From assembly GCF_009914755.1 (NCBI RefSeq), contig NC_060930.1: 64,000 nucleotides of DNA, one strand, 5' to 3'. Positions 1-16,396 of this stretch are shown in pieces. Both the position numbers and the translations under genes were made by a program. This stretch comes from the human T2T-CHM13v2.0 reference genome, Homo sapiens. The notes below the pieces were generated by a model, which searched no databases, had not been told where the DNA came from, and saw only the letters and a program-made list of their open reading frames with translations. How positions within the stretch are numbered: position 1 is the stretch's first letter; the number at the start of each line of letters is the position of its first letter.

Positions 1-2
1 AG

Positions 3-287
<285 letters not shown>

Positions 288-1045
288 TGATTCTTGTCAC
301 ACGCTACTACCTCACTGCCTTTTTCTCTCCTACACTAAGCAAGTGAGGGCATTTTTAGGGTAGGGTTGGGGCTGATCTGTGTGGTCCAATAAGGGCAGCT
401 CGTTACTATGATGAGCATTCATTATTCTACAGAAAGAGTTAGTTAGTTACCAGTTTTCCAACACTGCCCTTGACCTCAGCTGTGGGTGATAGCGTAAGCC
501 CCGGGTCAAACCTTGCTGCTGGAAGAGCTGTAGGCAGAAACTCCTGGCACCTTGATCGCAGCTAGCTCCACAGGGGCCACAAGGAAACTCTGCGCCCACC
601 TCTCTCCCACCATCACTCCAAGCATCTACTAGCATGAGTCTGCAATGAGAGATTATGTTTCCTCTTTGCAAAACTCTTGATCCTGAGGACTTAAAAGCTG
701 GATTTTAATAGCTCTGTAAGTGGAGGAGGAGTCTCCTCTGTTGTGGGCTCTGTGGAGGTAAAGGAATTAGCTCTTATCAAGAGTACAATTATAGTGCAAG
801 CCAGCAGAATCCATCACAGCCTGCAATGTACATCTTCCTAACCCATGATTAATAAAACACCCTGCTTGCCTACTAAGCCAGAGGGCTGGGATGTACAGGA
901 TCCATTGCAAATGATACTTACTAATCTTTTGATTAGCCTGAAGGTGACTATGGGAACAGTGTGTGGGTTGCAGGCTAGTTGTTGGCGGTGTTATCATGTG
1001 TCTGGGCTGGCTGACACCCTTCTGTCTTCCTTCTCCCTCTCACAG

Positions 1046-1196
1046 GAGCACATGCCCACTTTCCTGTTCAATGGATATGAAGATTTGGACACCTTTAAGC
1101 TGCTGGAGGAGGAAGACTTGGATGAGTTAAATATCAGGGACCCGGAACACAGAGCTGTTCTCTTGACAGCAGTGGAGCTGTTACAAGAGTATGACA
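1046..1196 (+). CDS. SASH1: SASH1 coding exon (probably exon 16): SAM1 domain
   Basis: Pyrimidine tract + cacag|GAG, GACA|gtaagt. 151 nt, phase 0-1. [50 protein letters not shown] is a SAM fold signature. Confidence 0.96.
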
Positions 1197-1441
1197 GTAA
1201 GTCCCTGTATGCACAGAGGTGTTCCCTGTGAGGTCTGCCACAGCAGGCCCCACGTATGCTGCCAGTATGTGCTTAGGTCCCTGGAGTCACTTATTCTGTC
1301 CTGTTCTTTCTGTTACAAGAGTATGACAGTAAGTCCCTGTACGCACAGAGGTGTTCCCTGTGAGGTCTGCCACAGCAGGCCCCACCTACGCTGCCAGTAT
1401 GTGCTTAGGTCCCTGGAGTCACTTATTCTGTCCTGTTCTTT
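1178..1441 (+). repeat. 132-bp tandem duplication spanning an exon/intron junction
   Basis: Copies 1178-1309 and 1310-1441 differ at 3 positions. Both carry GACA|GTAAGT. Confidence 0.95.
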
Positions 1442-2512
1442 CCCATGCCAAGGTCAAACAGCACAAAATCATAAATTCCCAGTGCAGACATGGGAACAAA
1501 AGAAAACCTCCTGTGCCGCCGCCACCTTTCCGGGCATGTTTCTAGGTGATAGTTGAAGAGGATTCTGCACCAAGTGTCTGCAAGAATGGAATTACAGTTT
1601 TCCCAAAAAAATGGGTAGACTCCACTTTCAGTACTTTTGAGAGGTGCAGCCTCCAGCAGGCCATTGGGACAGCTGAGCACAAAAGTGACTGACCAGCTGG
1701 GAGGTTTTCGCTCAGCCAAAGCTTGATTACTTCTCAGAGCACACGAGGAGTTGTGTTCTTATTGAATAGACTGGTTAGTGAATAAATGAAATTCATCAGC
1801 TTTCGTTAAAGGAGGAGACGTCTCTCCGCAGTGAATATGTAGAGCAGAGAATTCCGTATCGATTGGCTTGCAAATTCCCAACCTAAATGACAGCTTATTT
1901 TTACAGCCTGTGAGCAGAATCATCACTGAGCTCACAGCTTTTATGAAGTCTGTCTATTTGAATACACCATACCCTTTGCTCCATTAACTCAGTCTTATCT
2001 TGCTCTGTATTATTCAATCTGCCATCAGAAATATTCCTGAAATCATTCATCTTAAAGGAGTATCCTTTCCAGTTACTGAATTCAAACACGTTTTCCTTCA
2101 AGGACTCTGCTTCAGGGATATCAGTAGCTAATAGCATTTCTGTTGCTAAAAGACACACCAAAACCATGGTTAATGGTGGAAAAAAGAATTATACATTACT
2201 GAAATGTATCAGGCCTGAGAAACGTGGAAGCAAGTGTCATTAGGTGAAATTTCCTTCTGCTAAATAGGCAGTCCCTCTAAATGAACTGGTAAGCTAGAGA
2301 AACACACACCATCAGATAGATGTCTGAGCCTAAGATAAACAGGCTGCCTTTAGGGATAGATTTGGAGGCAATTGTGATTCATAGTTAATATCACTTTATA
2401 ACAAGGTCTTTTAAGTAAGTATTTGATTGCCCAAGAGACACTTTGGGGTCTGTGGCCAGGTTGCGTGTAAAGAGCCTGCACGGTAACTGGTGTAGCCTAC
2501 CAGCTCAATTAG

Positions 2513-2990
<478 letters not shown>

Positions 2991-4057
2991 TAACTCCTGA
3001 GTGTAAGGCAGGAATCTGTGCTTAGACTGCTCCATGCCACTTTGGCTGAGACCCATCATTCCTCCTGGGATCACATCCTGAGATTTTTGTACCAAGGAGC
3101 ATTTTGTAGGGGGGTATCGCTATCCATCAGGTTGCTAACCTGGAAGGTGAAGAAGACCTCTTTGCCTCTTCAGACATTCCATTGTGGATCTATTCTGCTC
3201 TGGTGTTTAGAACGTCCCTGATAGATAAAGTTGTACTTCCTTTTATTGGTTCTAAAACAAAGGCTTCAAGGTTCCAGAGTACCCATTAGTGCCAAGAGTC
3301 AGGGTCCAGACTTTTCCTAGCATTATAGGATTTTTACATCCAATACAGTTAAAGTCATCGTGGCTAAGAAGTAGTGCCTCTAACTGATAACATGATAGGT
3401 TTCTGTCAAACAAGATTTCCATACACTAGGGAGATGCAGAGGTCTATTGAGATCTTTGAAGATATGTAGGGATCTTGAAAGGTTTCTAGCTTAGCCATAA
3501 CTGAGAGCAAAAAGTACATTTCCAGCACTACTTGGAAGTCAGACCCGTCCAGCCTCCCTCGAAGCGTGGGAAAATGCCAGCCATCATATAGGGTTCCATT
3601 GGGAAAAGACTCTAATTGTCAGATGGCTATTCCTTACGCCAAGCCCAGACCCACTATCTTAGGTCTGGCAAATGAAAGCCTCTTACAAATTGCTAAAAGA
3701 ATTTTTACTTGTGGTAAAATACAGATAATCTAAAGTTTACTGTCTTAGCCATTTCTAAGTATAAACAATAACTTGTATAAGAATTCTAATTAGGAATTAT
3801 TTCAAACATGCAGAAAAGTACAGAGGAAAAGAAAACAAACAAACATATGCATGCACATGCTGAAGTTAATGTTTTGCCATATTTTCTTATTTCTTTTACA
3901 TTTTAAGAAATATGGTGTAAGCCCACAGAAAGTCCTGCTTTCAAAGAATCCCATTCCCTTCTCTTCTTTCCCAAGGTAACTGCTCCCCAGGCAATGCTAT
4001 GTGCCTTTGGGTACCACTACCTTTTGATGTTGGAATATTCATAGGTGTCTTAGCATA

Positions 4058-4060
<3 letters not shown>

Positions 4061-4116
<56 letters not shown>
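4061..4116. repeat. (TG)n microsatellite
   Basis: About 28 perfect TG units. Confidence 0.97.
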
Positions 4117-4117
<1 letters not shown>

Positions 4118-5469
4118 TTGGTGAGGCTGGAGGCAGAGAGAGCTTAGCCCAAGCAGAGTCCCTTCAGGTCAAAGTTCAGGTCATGCTCAAATGGGGTTAC
4201 AGCCTCACAACCTAGCACTTTGCTGTGATTTGACTGTGAGAATTTTCAGCGTTCTAGCTTATCTTCCTTCTTACCTTTTGTACCTTGGCACCCACGCTGA
4301 CAAGTGTGGGAAAAGGTCATGGTCTTGATTCTGCACTACAGAGGAGAGGCACCTCACCTCTTTTTCTCTTCTCCCTAATGAAGACAGCGATTCTAGCCCC
4401 CTTCCTTACGCCAACTGTGGTTTTCAGGTGACACAATGGATCCCCTCCTTCTCCAAAATAATTTCAGGTATTCTGCTGTGTCTGCTGAGGCTGGGGTCCC
4501 CAAAGATGCAGGCACAGCACATACTTCCATGCTGTAGTAGGAGCAGGTCTTCTGTGTTACTCCCACCCAGCACTCTGGAGTCTGTTTTGGCCACTGTGGT
4601 GCACTGAACCATGTCACCAGGGACAGAGTACACCGACTCCTCTCCCTGGGTTGTAATGGATAGCACAAAGCCCTCATTTTATAAGTATCATTTTTCTAAA
4701 TAACATGCTAGGCCAGAACAAAGGCCACTGCAAAGCCACAGGCTCTTCCACACAGTGAGGACACCGCTCTAGAATGTTCCACTTTTAGGTGGTCAGGGGG
4801 ACAGTATTTGCTCTTGTGCTTCCAATTAGTTAATTTTTCATTAGTCACTTTAAAAGTAGCACTCTTAATTTGGGATTCTAATTGAGGGACTTACGCTGCC
4901 ACGATCTCTGCTGTAGTTGGGGCTGTAAAATGCTTTCCCCGTGAGAAATGCAAGCAGGAAGTGGTGGACAGCCGGAGAGCTGCCAGAGCCTTCTGCCTCC
5001 CCGCATTTTTATTTTGATGACCTGAGAAAAGGCATCACATTTCTGGCTTATTGATTTCTTTTTTTCTTTGTGTATGTGGTTGGAGTGGGGAAGTTGGTGG
5101 GGGATGAAAAGAAAGGAAAATAAAGCCATTCATCATTGCAACTAGCTATTTTGTGTAGAAAATGTTTTCTTGGTTTCTGTTTTATGTGACCAAGCACTTA
5201 CTTACTCTGCATAATAATGCAAAGATGTTCTGCGTGTAACCTCAGTGTCCCATGTAAGGCTCCATGTGCCCTTTCTACAATATGCCGGGTGATGCTGCTA
5301 GGGTGTTGAAGGCCCTCGTGGCTTTCCACGTGATTTACTTGGGGCAGATTCACTCAACAGAAGCGTCCGATGCTGCTTTTTTTTTTTTTTCCCCTCCAGC
5401 TTTGTTGAGGCACAGTTGACAAATAATGATGCTTCTCTTTAAAAGCCTTCCTCAGAATGAGGTCTTCCT

Positions 5470-5882
5470 TTTTTTTTCTTTATTTTATTTTTTATTTATT
5501 TCAGTAGCTTTGGGGGTATAAGTGGTTTTGGGTTACATGGATGAATTATATAGTGGTGAATTCTGAGATTTTAGTGCACCCATCATCTGAGTAGTATACA
5601 TTGTACCTAATGTGTAGTTTTTTTATCCCTAGACTCCCCCCACCCTTCCTCTTCTGACTCTCTGAAGTCCATTATATCACTTTGTATGCCTTTATGTGCT
5701 TATAGCTTAGCTCCTACTTACAAGTGAGACCGTGTGGATTTTGGTTTTCTACTCCTGTGTTACTTCACTTAGAATAATGGCCTCCAGGTCCATCCAAATT
5801 GCTGCAAAGACATTATTTCTTTCCTTTTCATGGCCAAGTAGTACTCCATGGTGTATAGGTACTGCATTTTCTTTATCCACTC
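5470..5882 (-). mobile_element. Old L1 3' end fragment (L1PB/L1MA-like)
   Basis: T-rich tail followed by the L1 3' UTR/ORF2-end motif (tacttcacttagaataatggcctccagg). Confidence 0.8.
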
Positions 5883-6726
5883 AGAATGAGGACATTCAGT
5901 TTTCAGTCATCCATTTATCTATACCAGCAAGCATGTATCTGTTACTCAGCTTCCAAGTTCGAGGGTTTCCTAAGCTTTCCCCAGCTTTTACTTATATGCA
6001 GGAGACAAAAATGTGCTGGCACAAGACAAAAGGAGAAGCAGAAAAGAAAAAACAACCTCTAACTCATCCCAAACAACAAAAACAAAAGAAGATTTGCCAC
6101 TGGCCTGTCCTGAGTTTTGGGGTTTGTGCCTCGTCTTGCCAGCCTTACTCTTGCTGAGCTAATACAAGAGCCCTCAGCACGTGTTGCTGAGGGCTAAGAA
6201 TGCTCCTAAATGCTAATAAAATTTATTTCATTTGACACTTTAATATTAGCTCCCAAATTTGGAAAGTTGGCAACATAACTGTCTTCAAGCACAAGTCTTA
6301 CAGATCTCCGAAAAACATATGACCTAATCTCACCTTGTGAATGGGGCGTTTATTCTTTCTTTGCTTCTCCTTGATGGTGCCATCACTCAGAAGGGTCTGG
6401 GAGCCCCACTGCCAAAACAACACTCTACCTTTCTCCTTTCCTCATAGCCCCAAGGCCAGAGTCAGCTTCTGTTCGCATAACTAACTTAAAAGGTGTCAAC
6501 ATATTCCAACTGTGTGCTCTCTCCAAACTTATCTTCGTGCGATGAATACCTTATTGGAAGAAAAGTTGTGATCACACTAGTTCATTTTGATCTCATCTAT
6601 TTTAAGATAAATTGTTCTCTTCCAAAAGCTCAGGGCAGTAACTGAGGATAAAGTCGAGATCTGTTGACTCTGAAACCTCTGCTTTTCACTCACCTTGTTG
6701 ATTTCATGCCGTGTTCTCTCCTCTAG

Positions 6727-6840
6727 GTAACAGCGACCAGTCAGGATCCCAGGAGAAGCTGCTCGTTGACAGCCAGGGCCTGAGTGGATGCTCACCCCGA
6801 GACTCAGGATGCTACGAAAGCAGTGAGAACCTGGAAAACG
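6727..6840 (+). CDS. SASH1: SASH1 coding exon (probably exon 17)
   Basis: ctctag|GTAAC, AAAACG|gtaatg. 114 nt, phase 1-1. [38 protein letters not shown] contains the SLy-family PRDSGCY motif. Confidence 0.95.
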
Positions 6841-8641
6841 GTAATGTCAGCATGAGTCGCTGGGAACCTGCTTTGACAAGTACTGATTTCAAAGCACAGT
6901 TTTCTGCAAAAGGACGATTCTATTCCTGTCATGAACTCAGCAATCATCGTTTCCTTTCTCACCTCTACACCATTCTAGTCCAAGTTAGCCTCCCTATCTA
7001 TTCTCCTGGCTGCTGGGTGAGGTTAATAAATTCTGTGTCAAATACCTGCAGCTGTAAAACCTAAATTGTGTGTCTCCTATGCCCTTTTCTGTATGCAATA
7101 AAAACCAACATTGGAGTGTTGGGAGCTATTAGGTCCATAAGGAAAACAGTTTACCAGGTAGACCATCCATCAGGGTCATACCAGCAGCAGTGTCTTAAAT
7201 GCCTCGGCTGCATGGCCTGAATGTCGAGGCAGTTACTGCAGGAGAGAAGGATTGGATGGCCACATGTCTTGTTTGTGGCCTCTCTGTACAGCCAGTCAGG
7301 AAGTGTAATCAGTATGAAATTTCAGAAAAGGTACTTGTCTCAAACAGAAGAGGAGTCTTAAGTGGTATGGGGTCAGGTGGGCTAAACGTTACCATGGATG
7401 GCTTTGTGGTTTCCTGTTGTGACCCCAGAATTCCCATTGTAGCAAGATGAGAAACAGTGGTAAGAGGCTTACGCTGCCACAGTGACCTAAATCTCTGTCA
7501 AACTCTTGAAGGCCGTCATAAAAAATGCCCAGGTTTGATAGCTTTTAGCAGCCATTGGAATCCTATCTAGTAGCCCATGTGTTAAGATATTTACTGAGCA
7601 CCTACTAAAGCAAACTTTTTTAAAACTTAATGCAGGTTGTACTTTATTAGTAGGTCATGAAAGCAGTTTAGTGGGTCATGGACAGCAGTTTTGTAAGACA
7701 AAATAGAATACAAAATATCAGAGAGCATCCCCTAAGATAAAGGTTAGTATTGTTAGCACTGTCACTTGTAATCCTTGTTTCAGTTATGTCTGTGTGTGTG
7801 TTTGTGCTTGTGTACATGCATGTGTGTCTCTGTGTACTACATGTTGAATGTAAAATGTATTTCTTACTGGGAATCATGGGAAAAAATAGTTTGAGAGCCA
7901 TTGTGGGTACCAAAACTAGGGCTAAGGACAGGAAAGTGGGTGTCCAGGATGCAAACCCTAAGCAAGTGCTCACTCTCGGGTACCAGCCCTGCACTCACAT
8001 GACTCTGGGCATTCACCTCCTTAGAGTTTGTCCTCTGGGCACCTTGTTTGCCTCACTCTAATTCCAATTCTAAGAAGCATCTTGGGGACCTCAGAATTTG
8101 AGCCATGATGCCCTGCTATTCAAGGTTTTCTATCAACTTGGGAAGATAGTAGTTCTCCCCAAACTATATATAATATTCAGATAGCCTCGGTCAAGACAGG
8201 ATGCAAAACTCACCTAGTATCCCAGTACATCCTCAGTTTCAGTAAACATCAGAATCCTTATGTAGCTCATGTAGGTTCTGAAGAATTTTTTTTTCTCTTA
8301 ATAACCTTTTCATATCCAAAACTTTTCAGGAAATTAATTCCCCCAACTGTTGGTGATTGGTAAGGATCTCACAGATATCACTGGCAGAATTTTTCATGCC
8401 CAAATGAATTCAGGTGTACCTGCTGAAGAACTAGATTGCTAGCGAACCATACTTTGAACTCAAAGTAAGTTCAGGGATCTTTCTAATGTAATGCAGAATG
8501 CAAAAATGGAACTTATATATATAGTTTTATATTGGGAGTTAAGGGAAAAGAAAGTCATATTTCTAAATTTATGCTAAAGAGGTTCTAATAATTTTCTATT
8601 TCAACCCACTTTTAAAATCTGATGCAATTTTTTTTTTCTGA

Positions 8642-8935
<294 letters not shown>

Positions 8936-9135
8936 TGTGATGATTTTTCTAATAATGAAAAGTAGGACCATGGTCAGTATCTTCAGTAGTAGCACTAGGC
9001 TGATGATCTTTATGTAACAACAATAATATCCTACAAATGCATAGCATGTTGGTGTTTATCAGTGTGGAACATACAGGTGGACAGGGTCAAAGCACACAAC
9101 AAACATGTTATCAACCAAAAATGTAACAAGGGACA

Positions 9136-9168
<33 letters not shown>

Positions 9169-9170
9169 CA
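9136..9170. repeat. (TG)n(CG)n alternating purine-pyrimidine tract
   Basis: gtgtgt...gtgcgcgcgca. Confidence 0.9.
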
Positions 9171-9858
9171 CATGTAAGTACTGATGAGAACAAAGCATTC
9201 AGCACATTGTCTGGCCCATGAATTGTAAGTTCTTGGCAAAGCTTATCCAACAGCAGCAGTTTAGTATCAACTACCAGTCGTCAGATAAGTAGATTATGTC
9301 TGGTTGATAGTTCAGTTATCAGTCTGGCAGTTGTAACTAGGACTGTTGCTTTGCTGGGACCTAAAACTTTATCAGTATTTTGTAGATTTTCTTTGGCAAA
9401 GTACTCACAAAAGTTTACCTGTCTGTGTCCAGGTTGGTTGATTGCTTCTAGGATAAACTTACTAGAAGGAGGGGCTTCAGGGAAGGTGGGATTTGAGTAT
9501 TCACAGATCACTCTGTAGGGGATACCATTTATAGAACCTGTTGTGAAATTCAGTCCAGCTCTCCTTTTCCATCATGACCTTGAGAAATTGTACTCACCCA
9601 ACAAATCTCATCAATATGCGGTATGATGATCAGCCTCTTTCCACGTCGATTGCAGTGGGGCACAGACTTAAGCCAAGATTTATTTTACTGCTTGACACAG
9701 CGTATTTCTTTCCCATGTAACCCAATTAATTTCAGTCTTCATGATTCCTTTAATAAGACTAAGAATTCTTTCTAAAAATAAAAATGGAACCATAATAACC
9801 CTCTATCACCCGATGTCATAAATGGTGATTTTATGTTTTTAGTGTAATTGAACAATAG

Positions 9859-11163
<1,305 letters not shown>

Positions 11164-11961
11164 TGAGATGAACCCACATCTGAAGCCAGCCCGGTAGCCC
11201 GCCCAGTGGACAGGAGACACCTGAATCCACGTGTCCGCACCTTACTTGACATGCATGTGTTCAGATATTGACACCACCCCATTTCATCTCTCCGTAGGTA
11301 AACCGAGGTTAAAAATAACCTGCATGAAGACCTCTTAGAGGGATTACTAGGAGCAAATAAAATAAATGTGGACAAAAGAACCCTATTCAGATGTGATAAT
11401 TGTATTATACAGTTATCTGTATGGGTAATGGGAAAAAGATAATATAAAATCCCCCATTGTACCAAAAACATTTAGCTGTATAATGAAAAATTATTTCTCA
11501 TTCAAAAAAAATGAGATCTACCAATACCAAGTGACTCCAAAGACAAAGCAATGCTAACAGATACAGCAGTACTTTACTCCTGGAAATACAGGTCCTATTA
11601 GGATGCATTCCTGAGAGTCCTTTATTATAAAATTCTCATGACAATGAATGCCTTAGAATCAGATCCTCCTCCACCTCTCTGACCCTCCTTGATATTTCCT
11701 GAGTGAATGTCTTTAAATGAAAGGTAGTGAGAAAGACCATACAGTAAATGCTGGCCTAGTGAGCTGGTGGTATCACTTGTAGCAGATAAAGTGCAAACAG
11801 TTGAATATCTGTAAAGCAGAAGTTAGCCCTTCTCTCCTGCAGTTTAGAAGACTCTCTTCAGTAACATTAGAGGAGTTGTATTTTGCAAAATGATCTGATT
11901 GAGGCGAAGGCATTGTCCTGAAAAATGTGGAATAATTGTGTTCTGCCTTAACTATGCTTCA

Positions 11962-12215
<254 letters not shown>

Positions 12216-12263
12216 ACGTTATATGTGGTGTATCTTAGGGAAAGAAAAACAAAATCCTTATGA

Positions 12264-12467
<204 letters not shown>

Positions 12468-12668
12468 TAGTGATCACGCTTAGTGATGACCATACTAACA
12501 ACTGCCAAGTAGGCAAGGGCTTGCGTAGCTATGGAAAGGAGACAGCTGGGGAGAAAGTAATATGTGGTCAGCCTAGAAATGTTTAAAAATACACTTTCAG
12601 AAAGAAAAAAAAAATGAAAATTATCCGTAATCCCAACACTGTGAAAAACTTTTTAAAGATCCGTCTAG

Positions 12669-12800
12669 TGCTGGGCGTGATAGTGCACACCTGTAATCCT
12701 AGTTACTTGGGAGGCAGAAGCAGGAGGATTGCTTGAGCCCAGAATTTTGATGCCGGCCTGGGCAACATAGTGAGACCCCATCTCTTAAGAAATAAAATAA
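12669..12800 (+). mobile_element. Alu monomer (FLAM-like)
   Basis: Single left arm with an A-rich tail. Confidence 0.85.
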
Positions 12801-12824
12801 AATCCGTCTGAATGACACAGTTTC

Positions 12825-13060
12825 AGTTAGAAGCATAACTTCCAAAGATCTATTGTTCAACATGGTGACTACAGTTAATAACAATGTATACTTGAAAATT
12901 GCAAGGACAGCAGATCTTAAGTGTTCTCACCACAAAATATAGTATATGAGGTAATGCATATGTCAAATAGCTTGATTTAGCCATTCCACAATGTGTACAT
13001 TTATCAACACACCACGTTTTACACCATAAATATACACAATTTTTACTTGTCCATTAAAAC
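12825..13060 (+). mobile_element. Old L1M 3' end fragment
   Basis: atggtgactacagttaataacaatgtatacttgaaaattgc...cttaagtgttctcaccac, typical of an L1MA/MB 3' end. Confidence 0.75.
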
Positions 13061-13194
13061 TCTGTCTAGTCATTTCTCTGCACATGCGTAATGTATGCGT
13101 AAATGTATAGTACCGAAACCTGATTGTTGGCTATTATCAGATCATGAATCTGTTTCCCTGTTACTTAAAAAAAAAAAAATTGATATCATCAATA

Positions 13195-13779
13195 CAGTAG
13201 TCTCCCCCTATCCATGAGGGATTATGGTCCAAGACCTCCAAGTGGATCTCTTGAAAGCTTGCTGAGTACCAAACCCTGTATATATTATACACAAATTTCT
13301 TTTTCCTTCACAATTTCATGGATAGAAGATTCGTTTTCACTGTAGGTCTTAGGAACCTCAGCATACAATTTTTTTTCTTTTCTTATTAAGTCAAGAACTC
13401 TCACCTTTTTACTTAAAGGAAGCACTTAAGGGCTTCTCTTTGCCACGTGCGAATGGCCAGCATTGTTACTCTTGCACTTGGGGGCCATTGTAAGGTCAAA
13501 TAAGAGTGACTTGAATGCAAGTACTGCATTACCGCAACAGTTGATCTGATGACTACGGGCTACTAAGTGACTGCGGGGCTGGTGGTGTAGGCAGCGTGGA
13601 TTTGTTAGACAAAGGGATGATTGTCAGGTGGGACAGAGCTGGGTGGTGTGAGATTTCTTCAGACTACTCAGAATGGCATGCAATATAAGACTTATGAATT
13701 GTTTATTTCTGGAAATTCCCATTTAATATTTTCAGGCTGTAGAAAGCAAAACCATGGATAAGCAGGGGGGTGGCTATTG
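13195..13779 (+). mobile_element. MER44 (Tigger7-derived) DNA transposon
   Basis: TIRs cagtagtctccccctatccatg / catggataagcagggggg..ctattg, flanked by TA. Confidence 0.8.
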
Positions 13780-14567
13780 TATTTCAAAGTATTCTAGTAG
13801 GTCAGTGTACTCTAGTAGTGAGTCTCATAGTTAAAACATTTAGATTTTTCTAACCTTTTATTTTAAATAATGTAATGAAGAACATCCTTGTTAATAAATC
13901 TTTGTAGACTTTAAAGGTTAATTTCTGAGTAGATATTCCTGGAAGATGGTTTGCTTCATCAAAATTGTATAAAATCCCAAAGATTTTCATACTCGTTAGC
14001 AAATCACCTTTCTGAAAGGTGCAGGCCCTTTATATACCCAGTAGTCAAGGTTAAATGTCCACTTCCCTGTTCCAGCCAACCCTTGATATTATTGTATTTT
14101 AAATTCTTCATAACTTGTATTGACTAAACATGTAATTTTCTGGTTGTTAACATAGATTCAAAATACAGTGGAAAGTCTCCTTTATAAAAACCCTACCCAC
14201 TGAATGCTACATTTCACACGATCACCCAGATTTGTCCCTTCAGACTACCTTAGGGCTCTTTGTCAAGAGCATATCCACAGTGAAACAAAATAGCAGAATA
14301 TGTAAATGCTTATAGTTTGAAGACTCGGACACATAAATGGGATTTGACCTCATTCCAACACCTTCGAGAACCTTGTGGAACTCTTCCTTAAAGATTTGTT
14401 TCATCTTAGAGAAGAATTTTTCCTGCTAGTCTTGATCTCTGACACTCATTGCATTGTCGCTTTCTGATAATAGTCTAGCAATGCAGTATTTCAGTGCTGT
14501 TCCTTTTAGACATACGCGAAGTAGTCCTCGATGACACATGGAGCGTTTCTATCATATTCTTTCTTAA

Positions 14568-14840
<273 letters not shown>

Positions 14841-16096
14841 CCAGGCCCGGAATGGGCCTCTCTGGACAAGAGCCACCCTTTCACTGTGCATATGATGCTG
14901 ATGCAATTCCTCCATCATCTCTGGACGTGCAGACCAGATCCAGAAGAAAGGCCTGGCGTGTGGCCAAACAGCGTGAAACCTTGGCACAGGACTGAGGATC
15001 CTCTCCTCCAGAAAAGCCCCCTCGAGGAAATAAATTAGTGCGGTTCTCTTTGACCTCCAAAGACAAGACAAGCACTTATTTTTATTTTCAGAAGACAAAA
15101 GAACCAAGATGCCAACTGGCTGCGAATGCTCTATCTCCAGTCTGTCTCTGTGTACTGGTAGAGGCTGGGAGGAGTAGGGGGCAGCCTGTTCCATTTCTGA
15201 TAGTGCCCTTGCTCTTCTGTCTGTCATCTTGCAGGATGCCCGAGGGCCAGATGGGCTTAGCTAGGCCAAAGTAACAGACTCAAGAGTTATTGTACATTAC
15301 TGACCACGCTCATTTGTTCAAAAGTTAGAACATCTGGCTGCACCAGGAAAAAAAAAAAAAAAAAGTCCTGTTCTTCTTTAGATAAACAAGAGACATTTTC
15401 ATAATTGCTTTCTAGCAATCAGCTTTTATTTGCCTTAATATAAGCTTTTAAGCAGTTATCTAACTAGTGTCCACAACCCTGTAACCATACTTCCACATCT
15501 TCAGCTTAGGCAGACATCGAACCTCTCTGGGATGTTTCCAGCAAAAGTGAGCTTTTCTAATCGTCTCATTGTAACATGGCTTATTTTGTAGAGGTATTCA
15601 TCAGCCACACACTTCATGTTGGTTTTTGGTTTTTAAGCTAACTACAAATCTAGTAAAAAGCTATCTGAAATTCACAAATATCATGTGTGTGCGTGCGTGC
15701 GTGCGCGTGTGTGTCTGTATTCATAGTGACTGCTTTTGGTTTTAACCAGTTTAGTATCGTTACTGTGTGGATCGTCGCGCTGCAGTATTGACTTGGAATC
15801 CTGACCATGTCCATCCCAAAATTCAGTCCTCAGTTAACGGATCATGTTTGCAAAAGGTCACTGTGAGGCTGCATATTTCAGAAAGATGTCCTTAATAAGG
15901 GAAGTCATGTATAAGATGTTTTCTAAAAGACTTTTCAGTATTACAACTAATACTATTATTATCCTTCTTTTTTTATTTAGATAATTCTTTTAATTTAAAC
16001 AAAGGTTCACTATGGAACCAGACAAATCTCATTAGCCATGTGTTAAGTATTTGCTACTTTAAATTGTTTTACAACTGATTTCAGCACATTCTATCC

Positions 16097-16396
<300 letters not shown>

